Program-made: the position numbers and the translations under genes
Assembly (NCBI RefSeq): GCF_006345805.1
Contig: NC_043009.1
Span: 51,646,001 to 51,710,000, forward strand
Reading direction: 5' to 3'
Length of the DNA stretch: 64,000 nt
Source of the DNA: Octopus sinensis
Lineage: Eukaryota
Shown: one piece after another, positions 14,332 through 28,103 of the stretch
How positions within the stretch are numbered: the stretch's first letter is position 1
Layout: every line of letters begins with the position of its first letter
The notes under the pieces: generated by a model
The model's database searches: none
What the model saw: the letters and a program-made list of their open reading frames with translations, nothing else
Told to the model about the DNA's origin: nothing

Positions 14332-14998
14332 GTGATAGTCCCGTGGATCCCACGTAGTCTTGGTGGCAGCCCTACCATTTTATGACATAAATTATGTTTT
14401 CAGAGGCACAAGTAAAATTATCACTCAGACGTAGATGCACACTGCATCGACAAAAGATTGCATTCCCAGAATACAGAATGATACCTTTTAGTGAGCACAT
14501 TGAGAAATGCGCAAAGCAACTACTACCACAATTTTAATCTTTCCATTTTAACCAATGTGCTATCGGATCATCAACCACAAACTAGACTAAACAAGGAAAC
14601 ATTCTTCATTGAAAAGTACAAGCCCAGACTTAACCATTCCAACATAATTATACAGAGAAATTCACCCCAAAGGAAAGGAAAAAAATGTTAAGCGATTATC
14701 TCCCTTACACCGGTAGAAATCACTTATTACCTCCCCTTATTTAGAACTCTTTTCAACATAAACATAACTTAACTCGTTAACATAAACATAACGACGTAAG
14801 AAATTTGAAAAGCTAAACGTGAAACCGGTCTTTCTTCTAAACTATGTCATTGTAAGAAAAACATTTATAATATTCTTCAGACATATTGACTTATAAATAT
14901 ATATTCTTTAACCTTTTAAAACAAGCCTTCTGTAGTTTTTTCACTTTTTACTATTTTCTATATATTCACCACCGTGCTTTCACAAACCAACTTCCTTA

Positions 14999-15000
<2 letters not shown>
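14332..15000 (+). mobile_element. 5'-truncated Penelope element (GIY-YIG end plus 3' terminal region) with an 85-bp 5' inversion
   Basis: 14418-15000 is colinear with 46984-47578. 14332-14416 is the reverse complement of 46907-46989. Confidence 0.85.
14798..14836 (+). ncRNA. Minimal type I hammerhead-like motif with U3-A8 core variant
   Basis: aagaaa(t)-TTGAAAA-gc taaac gt-GAAA-ccgg-TC-tttctt. Stem I aagaaa/tttctt, palindromic stem III ACCGGT, GUC triplet. Confidence 0.55.
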
Positions 15001-15051
<51 letters not shown>

Positions 15052-15176
15052 ATATATAAAACACGCGCACACTCACACTCAAGTACGCGCTAGCCCTGGC
15101 ACTCTTTCATATATTCACAGACGAGTAAATATATATATATGTATATGTATTTATAAATATGTATATATACATTTAT

Positions 15177-15211
<35 letters not shown>

Positions 15212-15580
15212 AATATGTGTATATATGTATATGTGTGTATGTATATGTCTACATATATATATATATATATATATATACATACTTACATACATAGTGCATA
15301 CACACATATACATACATACATACAAACATACATACATACACACATACACACACATAGACGTGTCTTTCTATCTGTATTAATATGGGTGTTGCTATCAATT
15401 ATTACCAGCAAACATTTACTGGACAAAGAAATCATAAGGTGATGTGGAGCAACCTTTATTTACACACCCATGCATTGACTTGCACACGAAGATACATACA
15501 CACACTCTCACATATTCATGATATCAACACACACACCACACACATACACACAGACATGTACACGCAACAAACACATATAA

Positions 15581-15641
<61 letters not shown>

Positions 15642-16015
15642 AAGCTTAAATTCTGTATATATATGTAGATATATATATACATACACACAAACACACACAC
15701 ACGCTTTTACTAACATATTCTCATATACTTTACTAATATATATCAATAAATAGATATTTTTAGAGAGAGCCAGAGAGCGAAAGACTAAGAGAGAGAGAGA
15801 CAGAAACCTATGTATTATAAATACAGGCATACGCGCATATATAAATATACATGCATATATAATATATACACTCATATATAATATATACACTCAAATATAA
15901 ATATATACACGCATACATAAATATATACACTCAAACGCATATGAACACGCATATATAAATATGCATATATATAATATATATATAATATATATATAATATA
16001 TATATATATAATATA

Positions 16016-16056
<41 letters not shown>

Positions 16057-16061
<5 letters not shown>

Positions 16062-16217
16062 CATTATTGGTGAATTGAAGAAATGGAGCTGAACGCAGAT
16101 TGAACAGAAATCGTTTTATTTCATTCTACACGTGTTTCGAAACACGTGTAGAATGAAATAAAACATTCTGTTCAATTGCGTTCAGCTCCATTTCTTCAAT
16201 CACCAATAATGTTTTAA
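16057..16217. repeat. About 160-bp spacerless palindrome of a PLE-type terminal sequence
   Basis: Arms of about 80 bp are reverse complements apart from a few 1-nt indels. The centre is tt|cg|aa at 16138/16139, and the right arm starts GAAA-cacgtg-TA (3' half of a hammerhead). Confidence 0.9.
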
Positions 16218-16966
16218 TTTCAATTATCCGCACAACGCCGGTTGCAACGCCAGATGGTTGTACCTCCAACCGTGCTGTTCACTGTGTGATTTTTGCTACT
16301 AAGGTATCGGTTTTAAACTTTTGATTATCTACTACAAGATTATTCATCTTTCTATTTCACATAATATATATATATATATAATATATATAACATATATATA
16401 TATATTACTTATACATATGCCTAAGTGTAAGTAATAATTTAATATAAACTTTTGATTTTATTTCTATATTCATGTAATTTTTATATCTTCTTTTCTATTC
16501 TCATTTTGCCATTCTTGTTTCTATTGTATCTTTTATTTGGGCTGTTGTTGTTGTAGTTCTTCTTCATCTTCTTGTTGATGATGATATTGTGTTGTTCTTG
16601 CATGCTATTGTTTATAATTGTACATTAATTCAACTTGATATTTTCCTATCTTTATCTCTTGATTTGCTTCAATCTATGCGTCTATAATGACACGTCATTG
16701 CCTAAAAATCGTTCTAAATTTAATTATACGACTATAAATATTTCAGCGCCATAACACACACACATATGCACACACAAACATACACACACACACACACACA
16801 CACACACCAGCAGAAACACACGCACAGACTCACGCACAAATTTATCTTCTCTCTTACATACATACCTAACATACATACATACATACATATGTATAACCAT
16901 GTATAAATTTACAATGGTATATATATATATATATATGTGTGTATATATAAATAAATAAATATATAT

Positions 16967-17031
<65 letters not shown>

Positions 17032-17327
17032 CATATATGTATATGTATTCATATGTGCGTACGCCTATATATAACTCTTCTCTTCGGTGGTGTTTTACGG
17101 CAATATATAACATAATGAAAAATGATTGATAATAATGATAATCATGATAATAGAAGCATAAAGAAGACTACAATAAAATAGTAATAATGAAATCAATAAC
17201 TGCAATAATGACAACAATAACAAAAATGATAACAACTTAATAATAATCTCTTCAATAATATAATAATAAGGAAATAATAAATACTTTTTCATGAAACCAT
17301 ATTTCTGTAAAATCTACATCTGTATCT

Positions 17328-17458
<131 letters not shown>

Positions 17459-17526
17459 GTATATATATTAATATATAATATATATATAATATATAATATA
17501 TATATTATATATTAATATATAATACA

Positions 17527-17573
<47 letters not shown>

Positions 17574-17693
17574 GTGTGTGTGTGCGTGCGTTTCGTTTTT
17601 CTAATGTGTGTGTTTGCGTAGATACATGTATACATGTGTAAAATACACATTGTGTACATAAGTGCCTTGAATGTGAACCGCTGTGTTTAGAAA

Positions 17694-17724
<31 letters not shown>

Positions 17725-18491
17725 GTGTGGGTGTGTGTCTCGGAGCGTTTGGCATACATTCATCAGAACTTATAATTAAGCAAATACGCACGGCCTACAA
17801 AATACACACGCGCGCACACACACAAATACATACACGCACACACAAATACACACATACACACACGCTTGCACAATCTCATGCATACACACGCGTATACTAA
17901 TATGCAGTTAACTTCATGAAGTGTATATAAGAATCACAAGTGAAACACTGATATTTCTCAGATGTTTTAAAATTTTATTTTGTATAACTTATAAATTTAT
18001 ACACACTTATGTGTATTGCAGCCATAAAGCGAAAGACATTTCTCGATATAAGTACATAAACGTTCCCAAATTCGTACAAAATACTTCTAACACATAAGGA
18101 CATAAACGCATGTATAAAAACGCACACACGCGGTAACATACGCATACGTACATATACACAAACACACATTTTTATATACATACATATGGACATTTTCGTT
18201 GACATATATTTACAGTGCATGACGTCTTGATTCGGCTTTTGCGGGTTTTTTTTATGGCCCACAAATTTCCTCTATTACATTGTAATCATGAGACGGCTTT
18301 CGATTCCATTACCTGCATATGAACGCATTTAAGAACAAACATGGATAAGCATGCACACATGCGCACGAACAGCACACAAACACACATGCATATATATATA
18401 TATATATGTATATTTATATATAAATACATATAAATACATATACAAAGATAGATATGCAGATAGATCGATAGATAGACAGACAGATAAAAGT

Positions 18492-18722
18492 AGCGAGCAG
18501 GCAGAAATGTTAGCACGCCGGGCGAAATGCTTAGCGATATTTCGTCTGCCGTTACGTTCTGAGTTCACACTCCGCCGGGGTCGACTTTGCCTTTCATCCT
18601 TCCGGGGGTCGATAGTTTAATTACTAGTTACACACTGGGGTCGATGTATTCGACTTATTTCCTTTGTCTGTCTTTGTTTGTCTCCTCTATTTTTACCCGC
18701 TTGTAGGCAATAAATAAATAAG
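18492..18722 (+). mobile_element. SINE family B
   Basis: Matches the copies at 5929 (-) and 26826 (+). Confidence 0.85.
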
Positions 18723-18756
18723 CTAGACAGACAGACGAACAGGTGGGCGGAATGAC

Positions 18757-18809
<53 letters not shown>

Positions 18810-18821
18810 TATTAGATAGAT

Positions 18822-18860
<39 letters not shown>
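18757..18860. repeat. (GATA)n microsatellite
   Basis: Directly visible. Confidence 0.95.
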
Positions 18861-18988
18861 TGCCACGTGTAGGGTCTCTTATACTGATGGGGAAAGAATT
18901 GTTTCCTATACTTATAGGATTGTGGTGTCTAGCAGAGTTATAGAAAGCAGTCTAACCTGCAATGGATACTGGACGGTCGTTTTATCTA

Positions 18989-19212
18989 TTGGGTTGTCCG
19001 GAAAGTTCGTGCCTATTTTTAAAGGAAAGAAAAAGTTCAATAAATACTTGCCATTATATTTTTAATCAACCAAATATGAACCATTTTGCTGCACAATGCG
19101 TCTCCATCTTTCCTTTAACTTGAAAATGCCCTCTTCCCAGAATTGAGGTTCTTGGGAGGGTCAGTCGAAAGGAAGCTACTATAAATCGACACGAACTTTC
19201 CGGACAACCCAA
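18989..19212 (-). mobile_element. 224-bp mariner-derived MITE
   Basis: Perfect TIRs ttgggttgtccggaaagttcgtg / cacgaactttccggacaacccaa with TA on both sides. The interior minus strand encodes the mariner C-terminus FWEEGIFKLKERWRRIVQQNGSYLVD*. Confidence 0.95.
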
Positions 19213-19271
19213 TACTATAATATTTCAAGACTGATGGAGTTGTATATTGTGATATATATATATATATATAA

Positions 19272-19606
19272 GGCGCATGGCTCAGTGGTTAGAGCATCGA
19301 GCTTACGATCGTGAGGTTGTGAGCTCGAATCCCGGACCGGGCTGCGTGTTGTGTTCTTGAGCAAAACACTTTATTTCACGTTGCTCCAGTTCACTCAACT
19401 GTAGAAATGAGTTGCGACGTCACTGGTTCCAAGCTGTATCGACCTTTGTCTTTCCCTTGGATAACACTGGTGGCGTGGAGAGGGGAGGCCGGTATGCATG
19501 GGCGACTGCTGGTCTTCCATAAACAACCTTGCCCGGACTTGTGTCTAGGAGGGTAACTTTCTAGGTGCAATCCCATGGTCATTCATGACCGAAGGGGGTC
19601 TTTACC

Positions 19607-19610
<4 letters not shown>
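19272..19610 (+). mobile_element. SINE family C (tRNA head, conserved central domain, LINE-like tail)
   Basis: A-box TGGCTCAGTGG and B-box-like gctcgaatccc, then gtgttcttgagcaaaacactttatttcacgttgctccagttcactcaactgtagaaatgag. A related inverted copy lies at 30700-30990. Confidence 0.85.
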
Positions 19611-19659
<49 letters not shown>

Positions 19660-20428
19660 ATATAATAAATATACTGTTATATACTGTGATATATATATAT
19701 ATATATATATATCATACTGCAAGCAGCGAAATCACTCTAATTGTACAACAAACTTCGGAGAATATAGCTTATTTTTGGTGTTTTAGGAATTGTTTAAACG
19801 TATACATATACTTTAGCATAAGTGTTTCTTTACTGCGGGATCCCTCTACTTGTTGTCTATGCAAAATAATTTTCCTTTCCATACTGGAGACATTTAATTT
19901 TTTAAAATTACTGTTGCCATTTATATCTTACCTTGCCATATTATGTCGTAGATATTCCGCCTGTAGTGCATATAAAAATCGCAAAAATTCTTGGTAAAAC
20001 TGTATCAAGGAGTCCACGCTTCTGCCCCATATAAAGGTATGTTTAATATATATTAGATTTATATACACGTCAGTTTTTGCTTGATGTGAGATCGAAGATC
20101 CGTCAAAGAGACCAGCAGTGGAAAAGACCGTCTAACAATCAGCGGCCACAGTTGTTCGCTTTCGTGGAATTGAAATCAAATGGAGCACCCAGCATACGGA
20201 AGGCGTTCCATCTAAAGAAAGCAAAAGAAGTACGCGTCCCAGTCCGGTCAGACGTAAAGTGTGGCAAGGCACCACCATAAGGGGCACACGGTAATATATG
20301 ATGGAGGCAACAATTTATTTGCGTGTCTATGTACCTTTCTCTCTATCCTCCCTCTTCGCTATGTATCGTTCTTTCTTTCTTTCTTTTTGTCTATGTATCT
20401 AGCTATATATATATATATATACATGTGT

Positions 20429-20466
<38 letters not shown>

Positions 20467-21158
20467 GCGGCTATTGTTGTTGTTAAGCAACAAGACGGGT
20501 ACGGGTGATTAGGTGATGGTCAAGGGCTTAGGGGCGGGAGACCCAAGACCTTGGAAAATAAAAACTTTGGCCAATTTGTTGTAGTCGAGGGTTCTTCGTT
20601 GACGCCCGACACCACTGGGAGGTGGCCCTCGAAGTCGCTGGAAATGGAGATCTCCAGATCCAAATTCTTGAACCGCGGCGGGTGTTGTAGAGAAGAGATT
20701 GATATATGCTGATGTGTCGTTTGGTGTTTCGATTCAATTTACGTTTGATCAAGCAAGCGTACAATGATATTCCATCTGCTTTCTTCCCGTATTTTACGGC
20801 TATAAGTATGTATATATATTATACCATGGGTTCTTTGAGCATTAGGTAGGTTGTGGTTTAGGGATTTTGGCTGCTGTCTGCTTAAGTTCCAGTTGCTAAG
20901 TAGGACCTTCAGCATTGTCACAAGAGCATTTGTCATTTATGTACCAATATTTTGTAAGATGTTTCTCAATAACTGAATGGTTAAAATGACGCATTCAATT
21001 TCCCACTAATTTAAAATTTGTAACTTTTTAGAACATAAAGACATCGATAGTGTACCTAAACAGAATCCATCAAATCTAAAATTATACACATACATACAAA
21101 TATACAAATATTCGTATGTGTGTGTGTATACATATACATATACATATATGTATGTATG

Positions 21159-21225
<67 letters not shown>

Positions 21226-21230
21226 TGTGT

Positions 21231-21265
<35 letters not shown>

Positions 21266-21639
21266 ATGTATAGTTTCTTCTACAGAATTCTAAACTTACT
21301 GTTGGAAAGGTCAATTCTTTGTTTTCGCTGTCGAACCTATTTTTCCAAAGAATATGGTTTCTCATTAATATTATACATCTTTTACGTAGTTTAGTACATT
21401 TGAAAAACGAAACACTTTGGGGAATATTTCTTTTATCGAAGAAAACACCATAATGCATTCTTCCGCATTCATGCCTATTTGCCAGGGTCAGAGGTCAAAC
21501 ATTAGGCCGGTCCACAGGTGCATCAGAAACAGCTATAGAAATAAATTTAATATTTTATGACTTCAGAGAATTCCTCTCAACGCTGCTGAACTTTTGCGTT
21601 ATCACTTTTGAATGTTTACAACATACATACATACATGCA

Positions 21640-21687
<48 letters not shown>

Positions 21688-22390
21688 CATACACAGACAC
21701 ATATATATATGCACATACACATTACCTATTTCTTCTTTTTCATAATTTTCTTTTTCTTCATCTTTGTTATCATTATCATCATCATCATCATCATTAATAC
21801 GATCACCTACATTATATAGCTGTTTCTTTACCTTCCATCCCAATATTTTTCACTGGTTAATTTTCTGTTTTCCACTCTCTGTACCGCCCCCCCCCACACA
21901 CAAATTCATACACACAAACACACATATACATATATATTTATGATTTAGGTATGTATATATGTGTGGTTCTGTATGTATATATCGATGTATCTAGCTATGC
22001 ATGTATATAAATGCATGCGTGTATATACATATATGTGTGTGTGTAGGTATATATCGGTATGTATATATATATATACCTGTATATGTGTGATGTGTATTCA
22101 CTTTTCTTTTATATCGATATATCTCTCGCTTATGGTTTTTCGCTTCCTACTCACATTCCCTTCTCAATTTCATTTTTACCGAAACTTCCTTCACTTTCTC
22201 TGAAGATCAGATAACATTTTGCTCCCTTTCTCTTTCTACCACTTGTAAGACTGACAGATTCATAATCGTTGTCACTTATCCTATGATATTAATATTGTTC
22301 TCTTAAATACAACTGTACACACAATCACACATCAGTTCAATAATGACTGCTTACATACATGATAGCATGCGTACGTACGTATCCATAGAT

Positions 22391-22795
22391 ATGGCTGTGT
22401 GGTAAGTAGCTTGCTAACCAACCACATGGTTCCGGGTTCAGTCCCACTGCGTGGCATCTTGGGCAAGTTTCTTCTGCTATGGCCCCGGGCCGACCAATGC
22501 CTTGTGAGTGGATTTGGTCGACGGAAACTGAAAGAAGCCTGTCGTATATATGTATATATATATATATATATGTGTGTGTTTGTGTGTGTGTGTTTGTCCC
22601 CCTAGCATTGCTTGACAACCGATGCTGGTGTGTTTACGTCCCCGTCACTTAGCGGTTCGGCAAAGAGACCGATAGAATAAGTACTGGGCTTACAAAGAAT
22701 AAGTCCCGGGGTCGATTTGCTCGACTAAAGGCGGTGCTCCAGCATGGCCGCAGTCAAAATGACTGAAACAAGTAAAAGAGTAAAAGAGTAAAGAG
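22391..22795 (+). mobile_element. SINE family A, full length
   Basis: tRNA-like head (tggctgtgtggtaag...gggttcagtccc), central (TA)n(TG)n, tail (AAAGAGT)n. Many paralogues in the window. Confidence 0.9.
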
Positions 22796-24148
22796 AGAAA
22801 TGGATATACAAACACACACACATACAAAGAGAAACACACACCCATCTCTTCTCTCTCTATTCTTATTCCGATATATTTCCCTCTGTTTGTGTCTCTGTAC
22901 ACAGGCACGCACTCAAAACTCATATATAGACATAAACTAGCACGTGCATACACTACATATACGTAAATTTGTACGCACACACTAACAGTTGAGGCACAAC
23001 TGTTTGTGCCCTGTGTGGTGACTATCAAAATGTTGTACCAGTGAGCGAAACTTCTTCCTTTTGCATAAATGTTTAAAGTTCGTATGCGGCTGCTTACACT
23101 CTATAGTCACTTTACCCTGTCCTTCCAATTGAATTCAAGAATCAGACTTCCTCAGCCGAGTTCGATGAAATATATATATATATATATATATATATCCTTT
23201 GCAAATACAGATAGGTTACTGATACTGTGTCTTTAGCCAACTGAAGCAGATGCCTTCTTGGGACTATAAACTACAGTAGCATCGTCCTTTATGGGTCAGT
23301 CATATTTAGGTGGCAAAAATACCGTACGATGTCATGCTGCTACTGTTTATATCTCGCCTGAAAATATATTATTGCTTGTATATATATATACATGTATGTA
23401 TGTATTATGTGTGTATATATGAATGTGTGTATGTATATATGTATGTATTTACGTATGTTTGTTTGTGGCATGTTTGTTTGCCTTCAACTGGGATGTTCAA
23501 GCTAATTGTTGTCTAAGAAAAGAAACAAGGTAATATGCAAAAGGAAGGAGGAAACCGTATAATATAAAGTGGGTATATTCTTGAGAAAACGCTCGCTAAT
23601 ACATAAGGGAACAATTAAACATTATATAACAACCAAAATGATATTAGAATATAGATAGCAAACAAATGCGACATAATTTGTCGAAAATGGTTGAAAAAAA
23701 AATTAAGAAAAACTCTTTTCCGTAGTGAAACTGTTTGCTTAGAACTATTAGTCTGAGAAAATGTCACTTAACAAAGATGTAGAATTACGATGTATAGAAA
23801 TATTTTTTATGTCCTTATGCATGAATATTTGCTTATTTATTTAACTATCATTGTTAACCTGAAGAGTGACTATAATTTCAAATTGAATTGATTTTCGATG
23901 AAATTTAAATTTAATTGTAATTCGAATTTAATTACAGCCATGAAACGTAGGTAGTGATTTTTACTTATTATATATTGATTATTCATTTTTATACTTTTTG
24001 TGATCTAGTTATATGTTTTATAAAAATATATTGTATTTTTTATTTGATTTGGTCTATGTCTATCATTGTTGAATTGCATAAAAGTGGGTTTTTTCTCTAA
24101 TTTATATACATATATATATATATACACACGCACACACACACACATATA

Positions 24149-24194
<46 letters not shown>

Positions 24195-24196
<2 letters not shown>

Positions 24197-24525
24197 CTGT
24201 GTGGTAAGTAGCTGCTTAGCAACCATATGGTTACGGGTTCAGTCCCACTGCGTGGCCTCAAAGCTTTGCTAATTGATTTGGTAGAGGGAAACTGAAAGAA
24301 GCCCGTCGAATATATGTGTATGTTTGAATGTCTGCGTTTGTCCGCAACATCGCTTGACAACCGATGCTGGTTTGTTTACGGCCCCGTAACGTAGCGGTTA
24401 AGCAAAAGAGACCGATAAAATAAGTACTAGACTTACAAAGAATAAGTCCCGTTGTCGATTTGTTTCGACTAAAGGCGATGTTCCAGCATGTCCGCAGTCA
24501 AATGACTGAAACAAATAAAAGAATT
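24195..24525 (+). mobile_element. SINE family A with internal deletion
   Basis: Colinear with the 22391 copy but lacks about 40 bp after cactgcgtggc. Confidence 0.85.
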
Positions 24526-25392
24526 AAAACAAAAACATATATATATATATTCTCACATGCTTATATGCTCATATGCACGTACGATGCGGAAGTGAGATAT
24601 AATGTACATGCATGTAATTAGCCAGGCAGTAATTATATAGACAGACAGATACAGAGGGAAAAACAGACATATTTTAGTAGAGAAGCAGCACTGACGTTAA
24701 TTGAACTAAGTAATATATTATGTACAGCATTGCAATCTAAGCAGGAGGACGTATATTAAGAATCTATGCGTTGCACCTGATACCATTCTGCAACGCTAAC
24801 CTTGTATAAATGTCTCTGTTGCACAATATGAAGTTACTATAGTTCAAACTATTTACTATATATATATATGTTTGAGTACTAAGCGTTCAAATATATACAA
24901 AACGCATAAGCTATTGTAGGAACTGTATTAAAATTAGTCTATATCTTATCCACGTGTTTAAATAATACAGTATTATTTCGCTAGGGAGTTGTGAAATCGA
25001 TGGAAAATATGTCTGCCATAACAGAATTTGCTCTAAATTCAATATTATAGAGAGAACGAAAAAAAAATGTATATCTAAAGCAAATACTGACTAAAAATAG
25101 AGTGAATTAAATAATTAAAGAAATATTTATTTTACAGTTCACCCACATCTCGATAAGCCACGGGGGCTTACCATTATTAACAAGAAAAAAATGAATATAA
25201 ATCAAGTCGTGTGCATTATGCGTGTGCAAATATATATATGTTTTTACATATGTAATAATATATATGCACCTACTTATATACATATATACATATATATATG
25301 CATATATATATGTTGATATAAATGTATATCTATATATACATATATATATGTATATGCATATATGTATATATATATATGTATGCATATATATA

Positions 25393-25428
<36 letters not shown>

Positions 25429-25969
25429 TGTATGTATGTATGTATGTGAGTAAGTACCTATGTAGCGAAGTTTGTATATTACAGTATATCCATTTACAAT
25501 TATATCATATACAGGCATTTGTGTGCATGTGCGTGAATGTGTGCGTGTATAAATATAAACATATATACACATATGAATATTTACCTATATATATATATGT
25601 ATATATATATATTATATATATATATATATATAATATATATATATATATACTTATATAAATATATATACACGCACACTCACTCACTTACACATACATATAT
25701 GTATGTAAGTACAAATATAACTCTATTTGAATATATATATATGCAAGTATGTATGTATGCGTTTATATGCTCATATGTGCATAATTTCATATGAATAAGT
25801 GTATGTATGTTTTTATATGTACATGTATACTGTGTTATTCTGTGAAATAATTAATTAGAAAAAAAATCGTCATCGGCGAAAAGCGGAAATAATTATACCT
25901 ATGAGGAACAAAGTATAATTAGATACTGTAAAACATAAAATCATCATGATGAACATCACCACCAACACT

Positions 25970-26070
25970 ACCACCACCACCACCACCACCACCACCACCA
26001 CTACCACTCTTTTAACCACCATCACCAATACCACTCTTTCCACCACCACCACTACCACCATCATCATCGT
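25970..26070. repeat. (ACC)n trinucleotide repeat
   Basis: Directly visible. Explains the poly-Thr and poly-Val ORFs. Confidence 0.9.
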
Positions 26071-26825
26071 TATCGAACTAAACACATTTACTATCACAAA
26101 TCCTAACACCGTTAACATCTTCACCACAAATGATATCACCGTTGACATCAACGTCTTAATATTATGAACTTGCAGCATCATCGTTGTCAAGAACACTCTT
26201 AGTCATCATAAACGACATCATCCACTTCCGCGTCAACATCATCACTAATATCAATATTGTATTCGTGAACATAATATATCCAGTCGTTAAAACATTTATC
26301 GAAACAGATATGTGCAGTCGAGACGCTACTATATAAATTCTATATAAATTCTATAAATTATATATCATTTCTATATATGATAAATATATGAAATGTATCA
26401 TCAAACCCGTTTCAAGGAAGACAGTCCAATGTGAGTTGAAAGTAAAGGAGTGAAAAATATAATAAACCAAGAGCAAACAGAAATATAAAAATAATATAAA
26501 TAGTGGTCTATAACTTTACATTATATTAAATATAAAGTAAGAAGTAGAAGGGAAATAATGTAAGAGTGCAAAAGGCAGTGTTGCTCTGTTTCTATTGTGA
26601 CTCTCATTAACTTTTATCTTACTGGTATTTGTAAGCAATTAAAGTGGGAATTAGCTACGATTGAGGATGCGTAATTGAATCTATAGTGCAGAAGAGTCAA
26701 TCTTGTTTGATGAAAATGCATATTTCGTATACTATGATGTTTTTGTACGTGAATATCTGGTGAAATTACAACACTTAGTTCTCAAGCAAAAATTCTCCGA
26801 CGTCTTTGCATTATATAGTTTCATG

Positions 26826-27420
26826 AGGACGGCGCGCTGGCAGAATTGTTAGTGCGCTGGACGAAATGCTTAGCGGTATTTCGTCTGCCGCTACCTTCTG
26901 AGTTCAAATTCCGCCGAGGTCGACTTTGCCTTTCATCCTTTCGGAGTCAATTAAATAAGTACCAGTTGCGCACTGGGGTCAATGTACTCGACTTGATCCG
27001 TTTGTGTGTCCTTGTTTGTCCTCTCTGTATTTAGTCCCTTGTGGGTAGTAAAGAAATAGGTATTTCGTCCGTCGCTACGTTCTGAGTTCAAATACCACCG
27101 AGGTCGACTTTGCCTTTCATCCATTCGGGGTTTATAAATTAAGTATCAGTAAAACACTGGAGTCGATGTAATCGACTAGTCCCCTCCCCAACAATTTCAG
27201 ACCTTGTGTCTATATGAGACTTCCTTGTCTCATGAGGACGGCGAGCTGGCAGAATTGTTAGTTCGCGAGACAGAATGTTTAGTAGTATTTCGTCCGTCCC
27301 TACATACGGAATTCAATTTCCGCTGAGGTCGACTTTGCCTTTTATCGCTTCCAGATCGAGACAATAAGTACCAGTCAAGTGCTGGGGTTGATTGATTTCG
27401 ACTAATACCCTCCTCCACAC
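26826..27420 (+). mobile_element. Three consecutive SINE family B copies (second is 5'-truncated)
   Basis: Starts at about 26826, 27060 and 27232, each containing gaggtcgactttgcc. Confidence 0.85.
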
Positions 27421-27423
27421 ACA

Positions 27424-27630
27424 AAATGTCTGAAGAAACATCTGGAAACTTTAGAAATACCCTACGATCTTGATGTATTACAAAATTCGGTATTACTTTG
27501 AACAGCACGCATATTGCGTAAAATACTGTGTCTCTGAGCTCCTTGTGACTTGACAAACAGTGCAAACCCCCGGTAGACACTAAATCTTCAATCAACAACA
27601 TCACGATATTGGATACTCTGCGACGTCTTA

Positions 27631-27671
<41 letters not shown>

Positions 27672-27684
27672 CAACAACAACAAC
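27424..27684 (+). mobile_element. R4/Dong-like (RLE-endonuclease) LINE 3' end with (AAT)n tail
   Basis: KCLKKHLETLEIPYDLDVLQNSVLL*TARILRKILCL* matches the LQKxxLLGTAxILRxVL C-terminus. A 3' UTR of about 95 nt is followed by (AAT)n(AAC)n. Confidence 0.75.
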
Positions 27685-28103
27685 GATAAGCAACATCAAT
27701 GAAATGGTTAACAAGACAAACAACAAGTTTTATCAATAGAGACAATATCACATTTTGTGAATGTTTGACTTGATATGAAATCGATAATGTAATAAGTGAA
27801 TTTTATTGACTTCAAAAGTTTATCAAATATTTACATTGCCGATAGGCACGCAGGAGATGAAAATCAAATCATGGTCATCGTCCTCATCGTCCTCATCGTC
27901 TTTATTATCATCATTATCATCTTCGACAGTGTTGTTATCGAAATAATCATCATGACCGTTGTGGACGTTTTCGACGTCTGTCATGTTTATTGATGTTTGC
28001 TTGACAAAACATGATGTGTTACGAATCGCTCCTGCGCTTGGATGTAGGAATAGTTGATTACATCCAAAGAATTAAAGGACATCTCGCGTGTCATATTGCG
28101 TTG

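Noticed and set aside
19272-19345. tRNA gene
   Set aside because: The tRNA-like A/B boxes continue into a SINE body and tail. It is a SINE head, not a tRNA.
20500-20800. GC-richer stretch with minus-strand ...EEPSTTTNWPKFLFSKV...
   Set aside because: It may be a LINE ORF1 remnant, but it is too short and degenerate to assign.
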